From contig DAIQOT010000001.1 of the NCBI GenBank assembly GCA_036787695.1, forward strand, positions 3,843 to 67,842: a stretch of 64,000 nt of DNA. Reading direction: 5' to 3'. Source of the DNA: Solirubrobacterales bacterium (GTDB lineage Bacteria > Actinomycetota > Thermoleophilia > Solirubrobacterales > 70-9). The position numbers and the translations under genes were made by a program. Below, in pieces: positions 8,655 to 17,745 of the stretch. The notes under the pieces were generated by a model. The model did no database searches. It worked only from the letters and a program-made list of their open reading frames with translations, and was not told the DNA's origin. Positions within the stretch are counted from its first letter, which is position 1. The number at the start of each line of letters is the position of its first letter.

Positions 8655-9694
8655 GAGTGGGTCCTCCGGGTCGCGGGACGAAGCCAGCCGAGCAGGGCAT
8701 CGATGCCGAGGTTGCAGATCAGGACGATCGCCACCATCACCAGGAGCACACCCTGGATGACGGGGAGGTCGTGCTCCTGCGCCGCGGTCAGCGCCAGCTG
8801 GCCGAGGCCGGGCAGGGCGAAGAGCGCCTCGGTGACGACCGCGGCGCCGAGCAGCTGCGGGATCTCGAGGCCGATGATCGTGACGGTCGGCGCCAGGGCG
8901 TTGCGCAGGACGTGCCGATAGAGGATCCGGCGCGGCGAGAGGCCGCGGACCGTCGCCCCGACGACGAAGTTTTCGTCCAGCGCCGCGACCAGCGAGTTGC
9001 GCAGCAGTCGGGAGACCACCGCGGCGACGCCGACGGCGAGCGCGAAGGCGGGCAGGAGGAGGTGGCTGAGCCACGCCCAGAGGCCCGCCGACGGCGGCAC
9101 GTAACCGGTCGCCGGCAGCCACTTCGCCTTCACCGCGAAGACGATCACCAGCACCATCCCGATCCAGAAGACCGGCAGGGTGATCGCGGTCGATGAGACC
9201 GCGTTGATGGCGCGGTCGAGGAAGCCGCCGCGCCGGGTCCCGGCGACGATGCCGGCCGGGATGCCCATCAGCAGCGCCATGACCAGCGCCACGCCGGTGA
9301 CCGAGAGATCGACCGGCAACCCGGTGGCGATGCTCTTGCCGACCGGCACCCCGGTGAACCAGGAGACGCCGAAGTCACCGTGGATCGCGTTCCCGATCCA
9401 GCTGAAGTACTGGGCGAAGAAGCCGCGGTCGAGGCCCATCGCGTGGTTCAGGTGGGCGATCGCCGCCGGGGTTGCGTTTTCGCCCAGTTTCGTCGCCGCC
9501 GGGTTGGACGGCGAGAAGTAGGCGAGGGCGAAGATCAGCAGCGTGCTGAACAGCGCCACGGTCAGGGTGCTGAGCAGGATCTGGCCGATCCGGCCAGACA
9601 CCGCCGGCGCCAGCTTTCCGAGGGACCCGAGGGGACCTCGCCGTTCATAGGACGGCGAGGTCCGGGTCCCGACACTGATGCGTCCGGCCTCCAT
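8651..9694 (-). CDS. ABC transporter permease (DppB/OppB-like)
   Basis: 347 aa, multi-TM, with typical DppB-like blocks (GLDRGFFAQY, TVRGLSPRRILYRHVLRNAL). Confidence 0.85.
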   Translation of the reverse strand: MEAGRISVGTRTSPSYERRGPLGSLGKLAPAVSGRIGQILLSTLTVALFSTLLIFALAYFSPSNPAATKLGENATPAAIAHLNHAMGLDRGFFAQYFSWIGNAIHGDFGVSWFTGVPVGKSIATGLPVDLSVTGVALVMALLMGIPAGIVAGTRRGGFLDRAINAVSSTAITLPVFWIGMVLVIVFAVKAKWLPATGYVPPSAGLWAWLSHLLLPAFALAVGVAAVVSRLLRNSLVAALDENFVVGATVRGLSPRRILYRHVLRNALAPTVTIIGLEIPQLLGAAVVTEALFALPGLGQLALTAAQEHDLPVIQGVLLVMVAIVLICNLGIDALLGWLRPATRRTHS

Positions 9695-9716
9695 GTCGAT
9701 CCCTTCCGCGACTCTC

Positions 9717-11417
9717 CTATTCGGAGAGCCGCACCCCCTCGAGACGCGGGGTCTCGATCCAGGGCTTGAGGCCGGTCACCGAGGAGCTGTGCGCGAGCAG
9801 GAACGGCTGCGTGAACAGCATGATGTTGGCGCTCTGTTCGGTGGCGAGTTTGGTCGCTTCCTGCAGCGCCGCTTCGTACTGCGGGGTGCCGATTTCGAAG
9901 GTCGCGACGGCGTCCAGAGCTTTGGTCAGTTCCGGGCTGGCGTCGCGGCCGGGGTTCAGCAACCCGTCGGCGGCGTACTGGGTTTCGAGCATCTGCGAGG
10001 GAGCCTCGCGACCGACGATCCCGTTCGGGTTGAATTCGACGTTGTGTTTGACGTAGACGTCTTCGGCGGCCTGCGCCGAGGGCAGCGATTTGATCGTCGA
10101 CTTGATCCCGACTTCTTCCAGCTCGGCCTGGAGCTGTTCGCTCTCCGACTGGAAGTTGACGCCGGCGCCGGCGAACCAGGTGATCGTGATCGGGGTGCCG
10201 TCGTATTTCGTTTCACCGAGCAGCGCTTCGGCTTTTTCGGGGTTGTATTCGTAGTAGTCGGCGACTTCTTCGTTGTAGGCGCTGTAGCCGGGGGCGAAGG
10301 CCTCGTCGTCGACTTCACCGTGACCGCCGGCGAGCGTCTGCAGCAGGGTTTCGCGGTCGATCGCGTAGTTGACGGCTTCGACGAATTTGTGTTCGGTGAA
10401 CGGGCCCATCTTGTCGTTGACCTCGATCGAGGCGACGTGGAGGCTGGGGAATTCTTCGACTTCGAAGCCCGCCGATTCCGCGGTCGAGACCTGTTCCCCG
10501 CCGATGTTCGCGAGCTGCACCTGGTTACTGAGCAGCGAGGAGAGGAGCGCCTGTTCGTCGGTGAAGAATTTGAGGTCGACACCTTCGAGGTGGATGTCTT
10601 TGGCGTCCCAGTAGCCCGGGTTGCGGACCAGCGTCGCCGAGGTCGGCGCGGTGTAGTTGGTCAGTTCGAACGGCCCGGCGCCGACCGGCTGGGTGGCGAG
10701 GCCTTTCTCGTTTTCCTTGATCGCTTTCGGGCTGACCATCATCCCGACCTTGCCGCCGAGCACCAGGGGCAGGACGTAGTCCTTGGTTTTCAGCGAGAGC
10801 GTGAGCTGGGTCGGGCTGTCGACCTTGATCGACTTGATCACTTCGAGGTAAGGGATGATCAGCGAGTCGGACTCGTGCTCACCGCGTTCGAGGTTGATTT
10901 TCACCGCTTCGGCGTCGACCGGCGTGCCGTCGGTGAATTTCAGGCCTTTCTTCAGGTCGATGGTGAAGGTGAGGCCGTCTTTGGAGAAGTCCCATTTTTC
11001 GGCGAGCGCCGGTTCGGCTTCGCCTTCCGGGCTGAGCCGGGTGAGCGAGGCGTAGACGAGGCTGAGGTCGGAGACGTCGTTGCCGGCGGCGGAGACGACC
11101 GGGTCCCAGGCGGTGGGGCCGGCGGTCGACCAGCCGAGCGTGCCGCTCGGGGGGCCGCCTTCTTCTTCGGAGGTGTCGGCGGCGGTCGTCTGGCTTTCGC
11201 TGCCGCTACCGCTGCCGTTGGTGTCGGCGCTGGTGCTGCCGCCCGAGCTCGACGAGCTGGAGCTGCTGCCACCGCAACCGGCGAGGACCGCGGCGCCGAG
11301 GACGGCGGCGATCAGCATCGCCGCGACGAGGCGGAGTGGACGTCGACGCGCGGGGGGTCCCGACAGCGACGTGGAGGCTGACGGGATCTCTTGGGACTGC
11401 TTCTGGGGTTCGGCCAT
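9717..11417 (-). CDS. ABC transporter substrate-binding lipoprotein, family 5 (peptide/nickel/opine type)
   Basis: 566 aa. Signal peptide with lipobox LAGC, followed by a Ser/Gly-rich linker. Overall SBP_bac_5-like sequence. Confidence 0.88.
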   Translation of the reverse strand: MAEPQKQSQEIPSASTSLSGPPARRRPLRLVAAMLIAAVLGAAVLAGCGGSSSSSSSSGGSTSADTNGSGSGSESQTTAADTSEEEGGPPSGTLGWSTAGPTAWDPVVSAAGNDVSDLSLVYASLTRLSPEGEAEPALAEKWDFSKDGLTFTIDLKKGLKFTDGTPVDAEAVKINLERGEHESDSLIIPYLEVIKSIKVDSPTQLTLSLKTKDYVLPLVLGGKVGMMVSPKAIKENEKGLATQPVGAGPFELTNYTAPTSATLVRNPGYWDAKDIHLEGVDLKFFTDEQALLSSLLSNQVQLANIGGEQVSTAESAGFEVEEFPSLHVASIEVNDKMGPFTEHKFVEAVNYAIDRETLLQTLAGGHGEVDDEAFAPGYSAYNEEVADYYEYNPEKAEALLGETKYDGTPITITWFAGAGVNFQSESEQLQAELEEVGIKSTIKSLPSAQAAEDVYVKHNVEFNPNGIVGREAPSQMLETQYAADGLLNPGRDASPELTKALDAVATFEIGTPQYEAALQEATKLATEQSANIMLFTQPFLLAHSSSVTGLKPWIETPRLEGVRLSE

Positions 11418-11623
11418 ATGGATGAGGATATTGTCGATAAACTTAATCGGGAATTGAATCGTAGATCGGCCGCAAGGGTTTTGCTTTCAGGCCCTACCCC
11501 AAGCCCTCTCGCCTGGGGCGCCGACGGAGATCGCCGAAGCGGTCTCCTATATGTGGACCTCCCAAAGCTTGAGTTGTTGACGGTTAAACTCAACTTTCAA
11601 TAGTTCGGGCCTACGCTCGCCGG

Positions 11624-12517
11624 ATGGCGACCATCGAAGTGACCGAATTCACCGATCCCGGCTGCGTCTGGTCCTGGAGCAGCGAGCCGAAGCTCCGCCG
11701 GCTGCGCCGGCAGTACGGCGACCGCGTCGCCTGGCGACGGGTCTTCGGGATCCAGATCGACGACGTGAAGCTGAGCTTCCCCGACCGCGACCCGGTCGAC
11801 GGGGCCGAGGACTGGCGGGCCGACTGGCTCGCCGTGGCCGCCCACTCGGGCGCCCCGATCACCCCGCGGCTGGAGTGGATGCACACCTCGACCTGGCCCG
11901 CGAGCCGCGCGGCGAAGGCCGCCGAGGCCCAGGGCGACGAGGTCGCCGACGCGGTGCTGCGGCGCCTGCGCGAGGCGGTCTTCGTCGACGGCCGGCCCGC
12001 CGACAACCCCGAGCGGATCGCCCTCGCCCTCACCGGCGTCCCCGGGCTCGACCTCGACTGGCTGCTCGAGGACCTCGACTCCGACGCCGTCTCCGAGGCG
12101 ATCGCCAGGGACTTCGACGAGACCCGCGACCCGCATCCCGACGTCGTCGGCCTGAAGGAGGACGGCCCCCACCCCGGCGCCGCCAAGGCCGAAGGCCCGA
12201 TCGTCCGCTACTCCTTCCCCACCCTGATCATCACCGGCCCCGAGGGCGAGCGAGTGATGCCCGGCTGGCGCTCGATCGAGCAGTACGAGGAGGCCTTCGA
12301 GGCCGTCGCCCCGGAGCTTCGCGGCACGACCTTCACCCCCCTCGACCCCGCCGAGGCCCTCGCCATCTACCGCTCCCTGAGCCAAGAGGACCTGCGCCTC
12401 CTGACCGGCAGCTGCGAGCCGCCCGTCGGCGCGGTCGAGGTGAGCACCTCGACGAACCCGCTCTGGCTCGACCCGGTCGAGGCCGAGCGCCGCACCGCGA
12501 TCGCCGCCAGCTACTAG
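11624..12517 (+). CDS. DsbA/FrnE-like thioredoxin-fold protein with a CxxS motif
   Basis: N-terminus reads EFTDPGCVWSWSSEP, where FrnE/DsbA-type proteins carry DPxCPWC. 297 aa with a C-terminal extension. Confidence 0.65.
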   Translation: MATIEVTEFTDPGCVWSWSSEPKLRRLRRQYGDRVAWRRVFGIQIDDVKLSFPDRDPVDGAEDWRADWLAVAAHSGAPITPRLEWMHTSTWPASRAAKAAEAQGDEVADAVLRRLREAVFVDGRPADNPERIALALTGVPGLDLDWLLEDLDSDAVSEAIARDFDETRDPHPDVVGLKEDGPHPGAAKAEGPIVRYSFPTLIITGPEGERVMPGWRSIEQYEEAFEAVAPELRGTTFTPLDPAEALAIYRSLSQEDLRLLTGSCEPPVGAVEVSTSTNPLWLDPVEAERRTAIAASY

Positions 12518-12526
12518 CCCCCCTCA

Positions 12527-12577
12527 CGGCGAGTTCGCGGTAAGGGCCGCATAGCGGCCGAAAGTGCGAACTCGCCG
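12527..12577. terminator. Bidirectional hairpin between convergent genes (G-unit family)
   Basis: Outer arms CGGCGAGTTCGC / GCGAACTCGCCG (12 bp perfect) and an inner stem GGCCGC / GCGGCC. It lies between stops at 12517 (+) and 12583 (-). Confidence 0.7.
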
Positions 12578-12582
12578 AGGCG

Positions 12583-13302
12583 CTAGGCCGCGGCGGCGGC
12601 GGTCAGTTCGAGCGAGTTCGGCTCGAGGCCGAAGGCGTTCCAGAGGCCTTCGCGGCCGACCTCGGTGACCATCACGACGCGGCTCGCTTCGCGGCCCTCG
12701 AGCCAGCCGAGGCGGAAGAGCTCGTTGGTGAGGGCGGCGCCGAGGCTGCCGGCGAGGTGGTGGTCCTTCTCGCTCCAGTCGAGGCAGGCGCGGCTCAGCG
12801 GGCGCTCCTGGGCGCGCAGGGTGTCGAGGTCGATGCCGAGATCCTCGAAGGCGGTCGCGCCGAGGGCGGTGATGTCGTAGTCGCCGCCGTCCTTTTCGAG
12901 GTAGCCGCCCTCCAACATCCGCTGGGTGAGGGCGACGCCGAGGCGGCCAGCGAGGTGGTCGTAACAGAGGCGGCCGCGCTGCAGTCCCATGCTCTCCTTC
13001 GAGCCGCGCAGCGAGTTGACGGCGAGCGCCGGCGAGAGCAGGATCAGCGACTCCAGCGCGTCGGCGACGCGCTGGCTCGAGAGGCGGTAGAAGCGATGGC
13101 GGCCGTGCGGCTCGACCGTGATCAAGCCGCCTTCGGTCAGTTTGCGCAGGTGGGCGCTGGCCAGCGGGCGCGAGACGTCGGCGCGGCCGGCGAGGGCCGA
13201 GGCGGAGGTCATGCCGCCGTTCAGGAGGGTGAGCAGGATCGTCGCCCGGGTCCGGTCGGACAGGAGCGCGCCGACCGCCGCGAGGTCCGCGTCACCGGCC
13301 AT
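12583..13302 (-). CDS. ArsR-family winged-helix regulator with C-terminal duplicated CYDHLAG-type domain
   Basis: The N-terminal region (LSDRTRATILLTL ... LSAHLRKLTEGGLI) is ArsR/SmtB-like. The C-terminal part contains CYDHLAGRLG and a second HHLAGSLG repeat. Confidence 0.8.
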   Translation of the reverse strand: MAGDADLAAVGALLSDRTRATILLTLLNGGMTSASALAGRADVSRPLASAHLRKLTEGGLITVEPHGRHRFYRLSSQRVADALESLILLSPALAVNSLRGSKESMGLQRGRLCYDHLAGRLGVALTQRMLEGGYLEKDGGDYDITALGATAFEDLGIDLDTLRAQERPLSRACLDWSEKDHHLAGSLGAALTNELFRLGWLEGREASRVVMVTEVGREGLWNAFGLEPNSLELTAAAAA

Positions 13303-13379
13303 CTAGGTGCCCACTTTTAGTTTCGCCGACAAGCACTGGACCGATGGTAGCGCACTTTCTTGAGCGACTTGGTAAACAA

Positions 13380-13991
13380 TTACCCTGAGTGGGAAGCGCT
13401 GAGCGGCGGCCAGCTCGACCACTTCGAGCTGAACCAGCTCACCGAGCCGTCGTCGGGGTCGTAGGCGCGGCGCTGCCAGTTGCCGATGTCGGTGCCGTAG
13501 ATGTGGACGCCGACGCACGGCTCGTCGCCGCCGCAGGCGACCCAGTGGACGTCGTCGTCGGTCGTGCAGCAGACCGTCACGTCGCCCGGCGTCCAGTCGG
13601 ACTCGGCGACCTGGACGAGCTGCTCGCCCTCCGAGTGCGGCTTGGCGTAGGCGATCTCGTGCTCGGTGCCGCTGTAGATGCCGACGACCCCCCAGGTCTC
13701 GTGGCCGTGGATCGGCGTGCTCTGGCCGACGTTCCAGACCGCCGAGGCGATCGAGAAGCGGCCCTCGGGGTCGACGTGCAGCGGGTAGAGGACGTACTTG
13801 TCGTCGTCGGGGCGCCGGTAGTCGGCGTCGATCGCCGGGCCCTCGGCGAGCCAGCCGGTCAGCTTCCCGGCCACCTTGGCGGTGATCTCCTCCTCGGTGC
13901 CGCCCGCGTCGACGATCGTCTCGACCTCGTCGATCAGTTGCTGAAGTTTCGGATCGGCCATCGCCGGCCCTCCCTCTTGGTCGTCGGTCAT
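13380..13991 (-). CDS. Cysteine-dioxygenase-like cupin (COG5553-type thiol dioxygenase homolog)
   Basis: The WNVGQSTPIHGHETWGVVGIYSGTEHE and later VHIYG blocks match the CDO-type 3-His cupin pattern. ATG 13991 overlaps the upstream stop (ATGA). Confidence 0.62.
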   Translation of the reverse strand: MTDDQEGGPAMADPKLQQLIDEVETIVDAGGTEEEITAKVAGKLTGWLAEGPAIDADYRRPDDDKYVLYPLHVDPEGRFSIASAVWNVGQSTPIHGHETWGVVGIYSGTEHEIAYAKPHSEGEQLVQVAESDWTPGDVTVCCTTDDDVHWVACGGDEPCVGVHIYGTDIGNWQRRAYDPDDGSVSWFSSKWSSWPPLSASHSG

Positions 13992-14743
13992 ACCGTGGTC
14001 TTCCTCGCCCGCAGGCGACGCTCGTTCATCTCGCGGATCCGGCCGGCGAGGCCGGGGCGGCTCGCCAGCGAGCGGACCAGCGACCCCATCGGATCGGGCG
14101 CCGAGCCGTGGGCCCCCGCCTCTCGCTGGATCGCGGCGACCGTCTCGGGGGCGCGGCGCACCAGTTCGCGGGCGATGTCGGTGCCGACGCCGGGGCCGTC
14201 GTCGTCGAGGCGCTTCCAGATCCCGGCCCGCTCGGCCTCCTGGGAGCGGATCGCGCGGCCGGTCGCGGCGGCCTCGGCGGCGAAGGCGGAGTTGGTGCAT
14301 TCGGCCAGCCGCCGCACGCCGAGGACGGCGCCGAACTCGCTGCCGGGGAAGCGCAGGCTCGCCGCCGCGGTGGCGTAGCGGACCGTCGTCGCCATCACCA
14401 GGTCGGCGCCGGCGCCGGCGGCCGCCCCGCGGACGACCGCGACGCTGAGCAGCGGGCCGTACCAGAGCTTCTCCAGCAGCAGCTCGATCCGCACCAGGCG
14501 CAGCAGCATCGAGGCGTCGGTCTCGCCGATCAGCCCGGCCAGCCCGAGCCCGGCGCAGAACGCCCGGCCCTCGGCCTCGATCACGAGGACGCGGGTCCCG
14601 TTCTCGGTCGCCGTGTCGACGGCCTCGTGGAGCGCCTCGACCATCGTCGCGTCGAGCGCGTTGGCGCTGTCCGGCGAAGCGAGGGTGACGGTCGTCACCG
14701 GCCCGTCTTTGGCGACGACGATCGGCGGCAGCGCGTCGTTCAT
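13988..14743 (-). CDS. Crotonase-fold protein (enoyl-CoA hydratase/isomerase family)
   Basis: RVLVIEAEGRAFCAGLGL and AVVRGAAAGAGADLVMA blocks. ATGA overlap with the upstream CoA transferase. Confidence 0.78.
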   Translation of the reverse strand: MNDALPPIVVAKDGPVTTVTLASPDSANALDATMVEALHEAVDTATENGTRVLVIEAEGRAFCAGLGLAGLIGETDASMLLRLVRIELLLEKLWYGPLLSVAVVRGAAAGAGADLVMATTVRYATAAASLRFPGSEFGAVLGVRRLAECTNSAFAAEAAATGRAIRSQEAERAGIWKRLDDDGPGVGTDIARELVRRAPETVAAIQREAGAHGSAPDPMGSLVRSLASRPGLAGRIREMNERRLRARKTTV

Positions 14744-15951
14744 ACGAGCTCCTCGTCGGCCGGCACCTCGACGCCCCAGTCCGCGGTCACCTCGTCGTTG
14801 TGCTCGCCGAGGCGCGGCGGCGCCAGGTCGAGTCGCGGGCCGGCGCGGCCGTCGCGGACCGGGTAGACCGTGGTCGAGGTCGAGTGGGCGACCGGCATCG
14901 CCATCTCGCGGATCAGGCCGGAGTCGACGACGGCGGGGTCGTTGAGGATGTCGGCGAAGGTGTTCAGCGGGCTGACCGGGATGCCGCGCTCCCGCAGCAT
15001 CGCCACCCAGACTTCCGCGTCTTTCTCGGCGAGCCGCGCGTTCAGGATGCTCTCCAGCTCGACCTGGTTGGCGACCCGGTCGGTCTGGCTGACGAACCGC
15101 GGGTCGGTCGGCAGGTCGGGCAGCTCGAGCAGCTCGCAGAGCGAGACCCAGAGCTTCTCGTTGCCCGCGGCGATCGCCAGCTCCCGATCCCGGGCCTTGA
15201 ACATCTGGTACGGCGCGTTGCGGGGATGGCGCGTCCCCAGCATCTCGGGGCTCTTGCCCGAGCCCCAGTACTCGCTGGTCTGCAGCGCCGAGATCGCCAG
15301 CATGCAGTCGAGCATCGGCGTGTCGAGGTGGATCGAGCGGCCGGTCTCGCGCACGCTCGGCAGGTAGGCGATCGCGGTCAGCACCGCGTAGAGGCCGGTG
15401 GCGAAGTCGGCGATCGGGACACCGGCCTTGACCGGCTCGCCCTCCTCGGTCCCGGTGACGCTCATCATCCCGCTCATCGCCTGGGTGACGACGTCGAAGG
15501 CGCCGAGGTTGCGGTAGGGCCCGGTCTGGCCGAAGCCCGAGATCGAGGCGTAGACCAGCCCGCGGTGCCCCTCGGAGACCTGCTCGTAGGCGAGCCCGAA
15601 GCGGCCGAGCACGCCCGGCCGGTAGTTCTCGACGACGATGTCGGCGGCCTCGATCAGCCCCTTCACCTTGCGCAGGTCCTCGGGGTCCTTGAAGTCCGCC
15701 GCGACACTCCGCTTGTTGCGGTTGAGCGAGGCGAAGTTGTGGCTGAACGACTCGCCCGTCTCGTCGGTGACGATCGGCGCCCAGTTGCGCATCATGTCGC
15801 CGGTCGGCGGCTCGACCTTGACCACGTCGGCGCCGAGGTCGGCGAGCAGCATCCCCGCGAACGGCCCCGCGGCGACGTGGCCCATCTCGACCGCCCGCAC
15901 CCCTGCCAGCGGCCGCTGATCGGCGGCGTCGCGCGGGTCGGCGGTGATCAC
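14740..15951 (-). CDS. Family III CoA-transferase (CaiB/BaiF type)
   Basis: The N-terminus (PLAGVRAVEMGHVAAGPFAGMLLADLGADVVKVEPP) is a textbook CaiB/BaiF opening. GTG 15951 overlaps the upstream stop (GTGA). The rest of the 829-aa ORF is a GC-shadow extension. Confidence 0.85.
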   Translation of the reverse strand: MITADPRDAADQRPLAGVRAVEMGHVAAGPFAGMLLADLGADVVKVEPPTGDMMRNWAPIVTDETGESFSHNFASLNRNKRSVAADFKDPEDLRKVKGLIEAADIVVENYRPGVLGRFGLAYEQVSEGHRGLVYASISGFGQTGPYRNLGAFDVVTQAMSGMMSVTGTEEGEPVKAGVPIADFATGLYAVLTAIAYLPSVRETGRSIHLDTPMLDCMLAISALQTSEYWGSGKSPEMLGTRHPRNAPYQMFKARDRELAIAAGNEKLWVSLCELLELPDLPTDPRFVSQTDRVANQVELESILNARLAEKDAEVWVAMLRERGIPVSPLNTFADILNDPAVVDSGLIREMAMPVAHSTSTTVYPVRDGRAGPRLDLAPPRLGEHNDEVTADWGVEVPADEELV

Positions 15952-17297
15952 GCTCCCCCGGCCGGCGACAGGCGCTCGACGGTGTAGCGGTTCTCCGGGA
16001 TCGCGAGGCCGAGATGGCCGCGCAGGGTGTCCTCTTGGTAGGAGGAGCGGGCGAGGCCGCGCTCCCTCAGGATCGGCAGGACCTCGTCGGTGAAGCGGGT
16101 GAACTCGCTCGGCACCGTGACGTGGAGGATGAACCCGTCGGCGGCGCGGCCCTCGAACCAGCGCTCGATCTCGTCGGCGACCGTCTGCGGCGAGCCGACG
16201 AAGCCGCCGCCGCGGAACATCCGCTGCGCGTAGAGCACCGTCTCGCGCAGGGTCAGCCCCTGCTCGCGGGCGATCGTCTGCAGCCGATTCGTCATCGTGG
16301 CGCCCCCGCGGGCGGCGTACTGGGCGACGTCGGGGAACGGCGCGTCGGGGTCGTACTGGCTGAAGTCGTGCCAGCCGTAGGGACGGCCGAATTCGGCCAG
16401 CGACTTCTCGAAGCTTTTCGCCCCCTCGCGCGCCTCCCTCAGCTCGTGGGCCTCCTCGTCGGTGTCGGCGATCACCGGCAGCATCGAGGGCATGATCACC
16501 ATTTCGTCGGGGTTGCGGCCCTTGTCGGCGGCGCGTCCCTTCATCTCGGCGTAGAAGTCCTGCGCCTCCTCGAAGCTGCGGGCCATCGTGAAGATGCCCT
16601 CGCCGACGGTCGCCGCCAGGTCGCGCCCCTCCTCGGAGTCGCCGGCCTGGAAGATCACCGGGCGGCCCTGGGCGGAGCTCTCGATGTTCAGCGGGCCGAC
16701 CACCGAGAAGTGCTCGCCCTGGTGGTCGAGCGTGTGCTGGCGGCTCGGGTCGAAGAAGACGCCGGCGGCCTTGTCGCGGGGGAAGGCGTCGTCCTCGTAG
16801 GAGTCCCAGAGGCCCTGGGCGACGCGGACGTGCTCGAGCGCGCGGCCGTAGCGGGTCGGGTAGTCGAAGTGCTCCTCGCGGCCGTAGTTTTTCGACGTCC
16901 CGGGGTCGAGTGACGTGACGACGTTCCAGCCGGCGCGGCCGGCGCTGATCAGATCGACCGAGGCGAGCTGGCGGGCGACGTGGAACGGCTCGGTGTAGGA
17001 GGTCGTGATCGTCGCGACCAGGCCGATCTTCTCGGTCGCCACGGCGAGGGCGGCGAGCAGGGTCAGCGGCTCGAGCCGGTTCAGGTAGTGAGGCGGCGAA
17101 TCGGGGGTGATGAACTGGCTGTCCACCACGAAGACGAAGTCGAACAGCGCCTTTTCGGCCTGCCGGGCGCGCTCGATGTACCAGTCGATTTTGACGCTCG
17201 CGTCGCCGGGGATCTCCGGGTCGAGCCAAGTGTTCTGTTGACCAGGACCCCCCACACCAACCGGGGCGACCCCGAATTTCAATTGTCGATCAGTCAT
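15948..17297 (-). CDS. LLM flavin monooxygenase, NtaA/SnaA/DszA family
   Basis: 449 aa from ATG 17297, with LEPLTLLAALA, GRAGWNVVTS, RPVIFQAGDSEEGRD and FILHV blocks. Confidence 0.85.
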   Translation of the reverse strand: MTDRQLKFGVAPVGVGGPGQQNTWLDPEIPGDASVKIDWYIERARQAEKALFDFVFVVDSQFITPDSPPHYLNRLEPLTLLAALAVATEKIGLVATITTSYTEPFHVARQLASVDLISAGRAGWNVVTSLDPGTSKNYGREEHFDYPTRYGRALEHVRVAQGLWDSYEDDAFPRDKAAGVFFDPSRQHTLDHQGEHFSVVGPLNIESSAQGRPVIFQAGDSEEGRDLAATVGEGIFTMARSFEEAQDFYAEMKGRAADKGRNPDEMVIMPSMLPVIADTDEEAHELREAREGAKSFEKSLAEFGRPYGWHDFSQYDPDAPFPDVAQYAARGGATMTNRLQTIAREQGLTLRETVLYAQRMFRGGGFVGSPQTVADEIERWFEGRAADGFILHVTVPSEFTRFTDEVLPILRERGLARSSYQEDTLRGHLGLAIPENRYTVERLSPAGGA

Positions 17298-17498
17298 GTC
17301 AACAATTGTGCCCCCCTTCTGGTTCAACCCGTCTTGAATCAAGGTTGGCGAGGGACGGGCGGCCGTCCGAGATGGTCCTGGGCGTCTCGACAGCGGCCCG
17401 GGCAGGCTGTGGCCGCCATCGAGACGCCCAGTCCGTGAGGGAGATTCAGGGAAGGTCAAGGGTTCGCCACGAACTCCACCCTTCCGTGCGCCCGGGAT

Positions 17499-17547
17499 GT
17501 TGATGGGCCGAAAACCGGACATATAGGGAGGTTTTCGGCCCATCAAC
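17499..17547. repeat. P-unit palindrome
   Basis: GTTGATGGGCCGAAAAC, then a 15-nt loop, then GTTTTCGGCCCATCAAC. The loop differs from the copy at 131-179. Confidence 0.85.
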
Positions 17548-17745
17548 CCGGGAGTGTCATGCGACGCGCACGAGAGGCGCGTGGATACCGGAGAAGCTGT
17601 GACGTTCCGCGCGTCTCTGTGACGTCTCCCCGCACCCTCGGCCGTCTCGGGCACGGCCACAGCCTGCCCGGGCCGTGGCCGAGACGGCCTCGTCCTTTCA
17701 GCTTTCGGCCGGCGGCGCGGTGCGACGGTTCGGTGACACCCCGCT

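Noticed and set aside
15952-17229. Long N-terminal extensions in the ORF track (e.g. 14740-17229, 18933-21188, 21736-24450, 46361-48424, 48635-50689, 49933-52278)
   Set aside because: The upstream parts are Arg/Pro-rich and overlap the preceding genes in another frame. Internal starts that have a Shine-Dalgarno sequence or ATGA/GTGA coupling give proteins of the expected family length.
17455-17485. tRNA-like T-arm sequence (AAGGGTTCGCCACGAACTCCACCCTT)
   Set aside because: GGTTCG resembles a T-loop, but there is no acceptor stem, anticodon arm or D-arm around it. The loop length is also wrong for a tRNA or tmRNA.
17298-17498. Possible riboswitch (SAM, SAH or FMN class) in the leader of the NtaA-like gene, on the minus strand
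   Set aside because: I looked for the conserved cores I remember for SAM-I/IV and FMN elements and did not find them. The structure is better explained as one arm of the mosaic palindrome. An Rfam scan would be needed to exclude a riboswitch fully.
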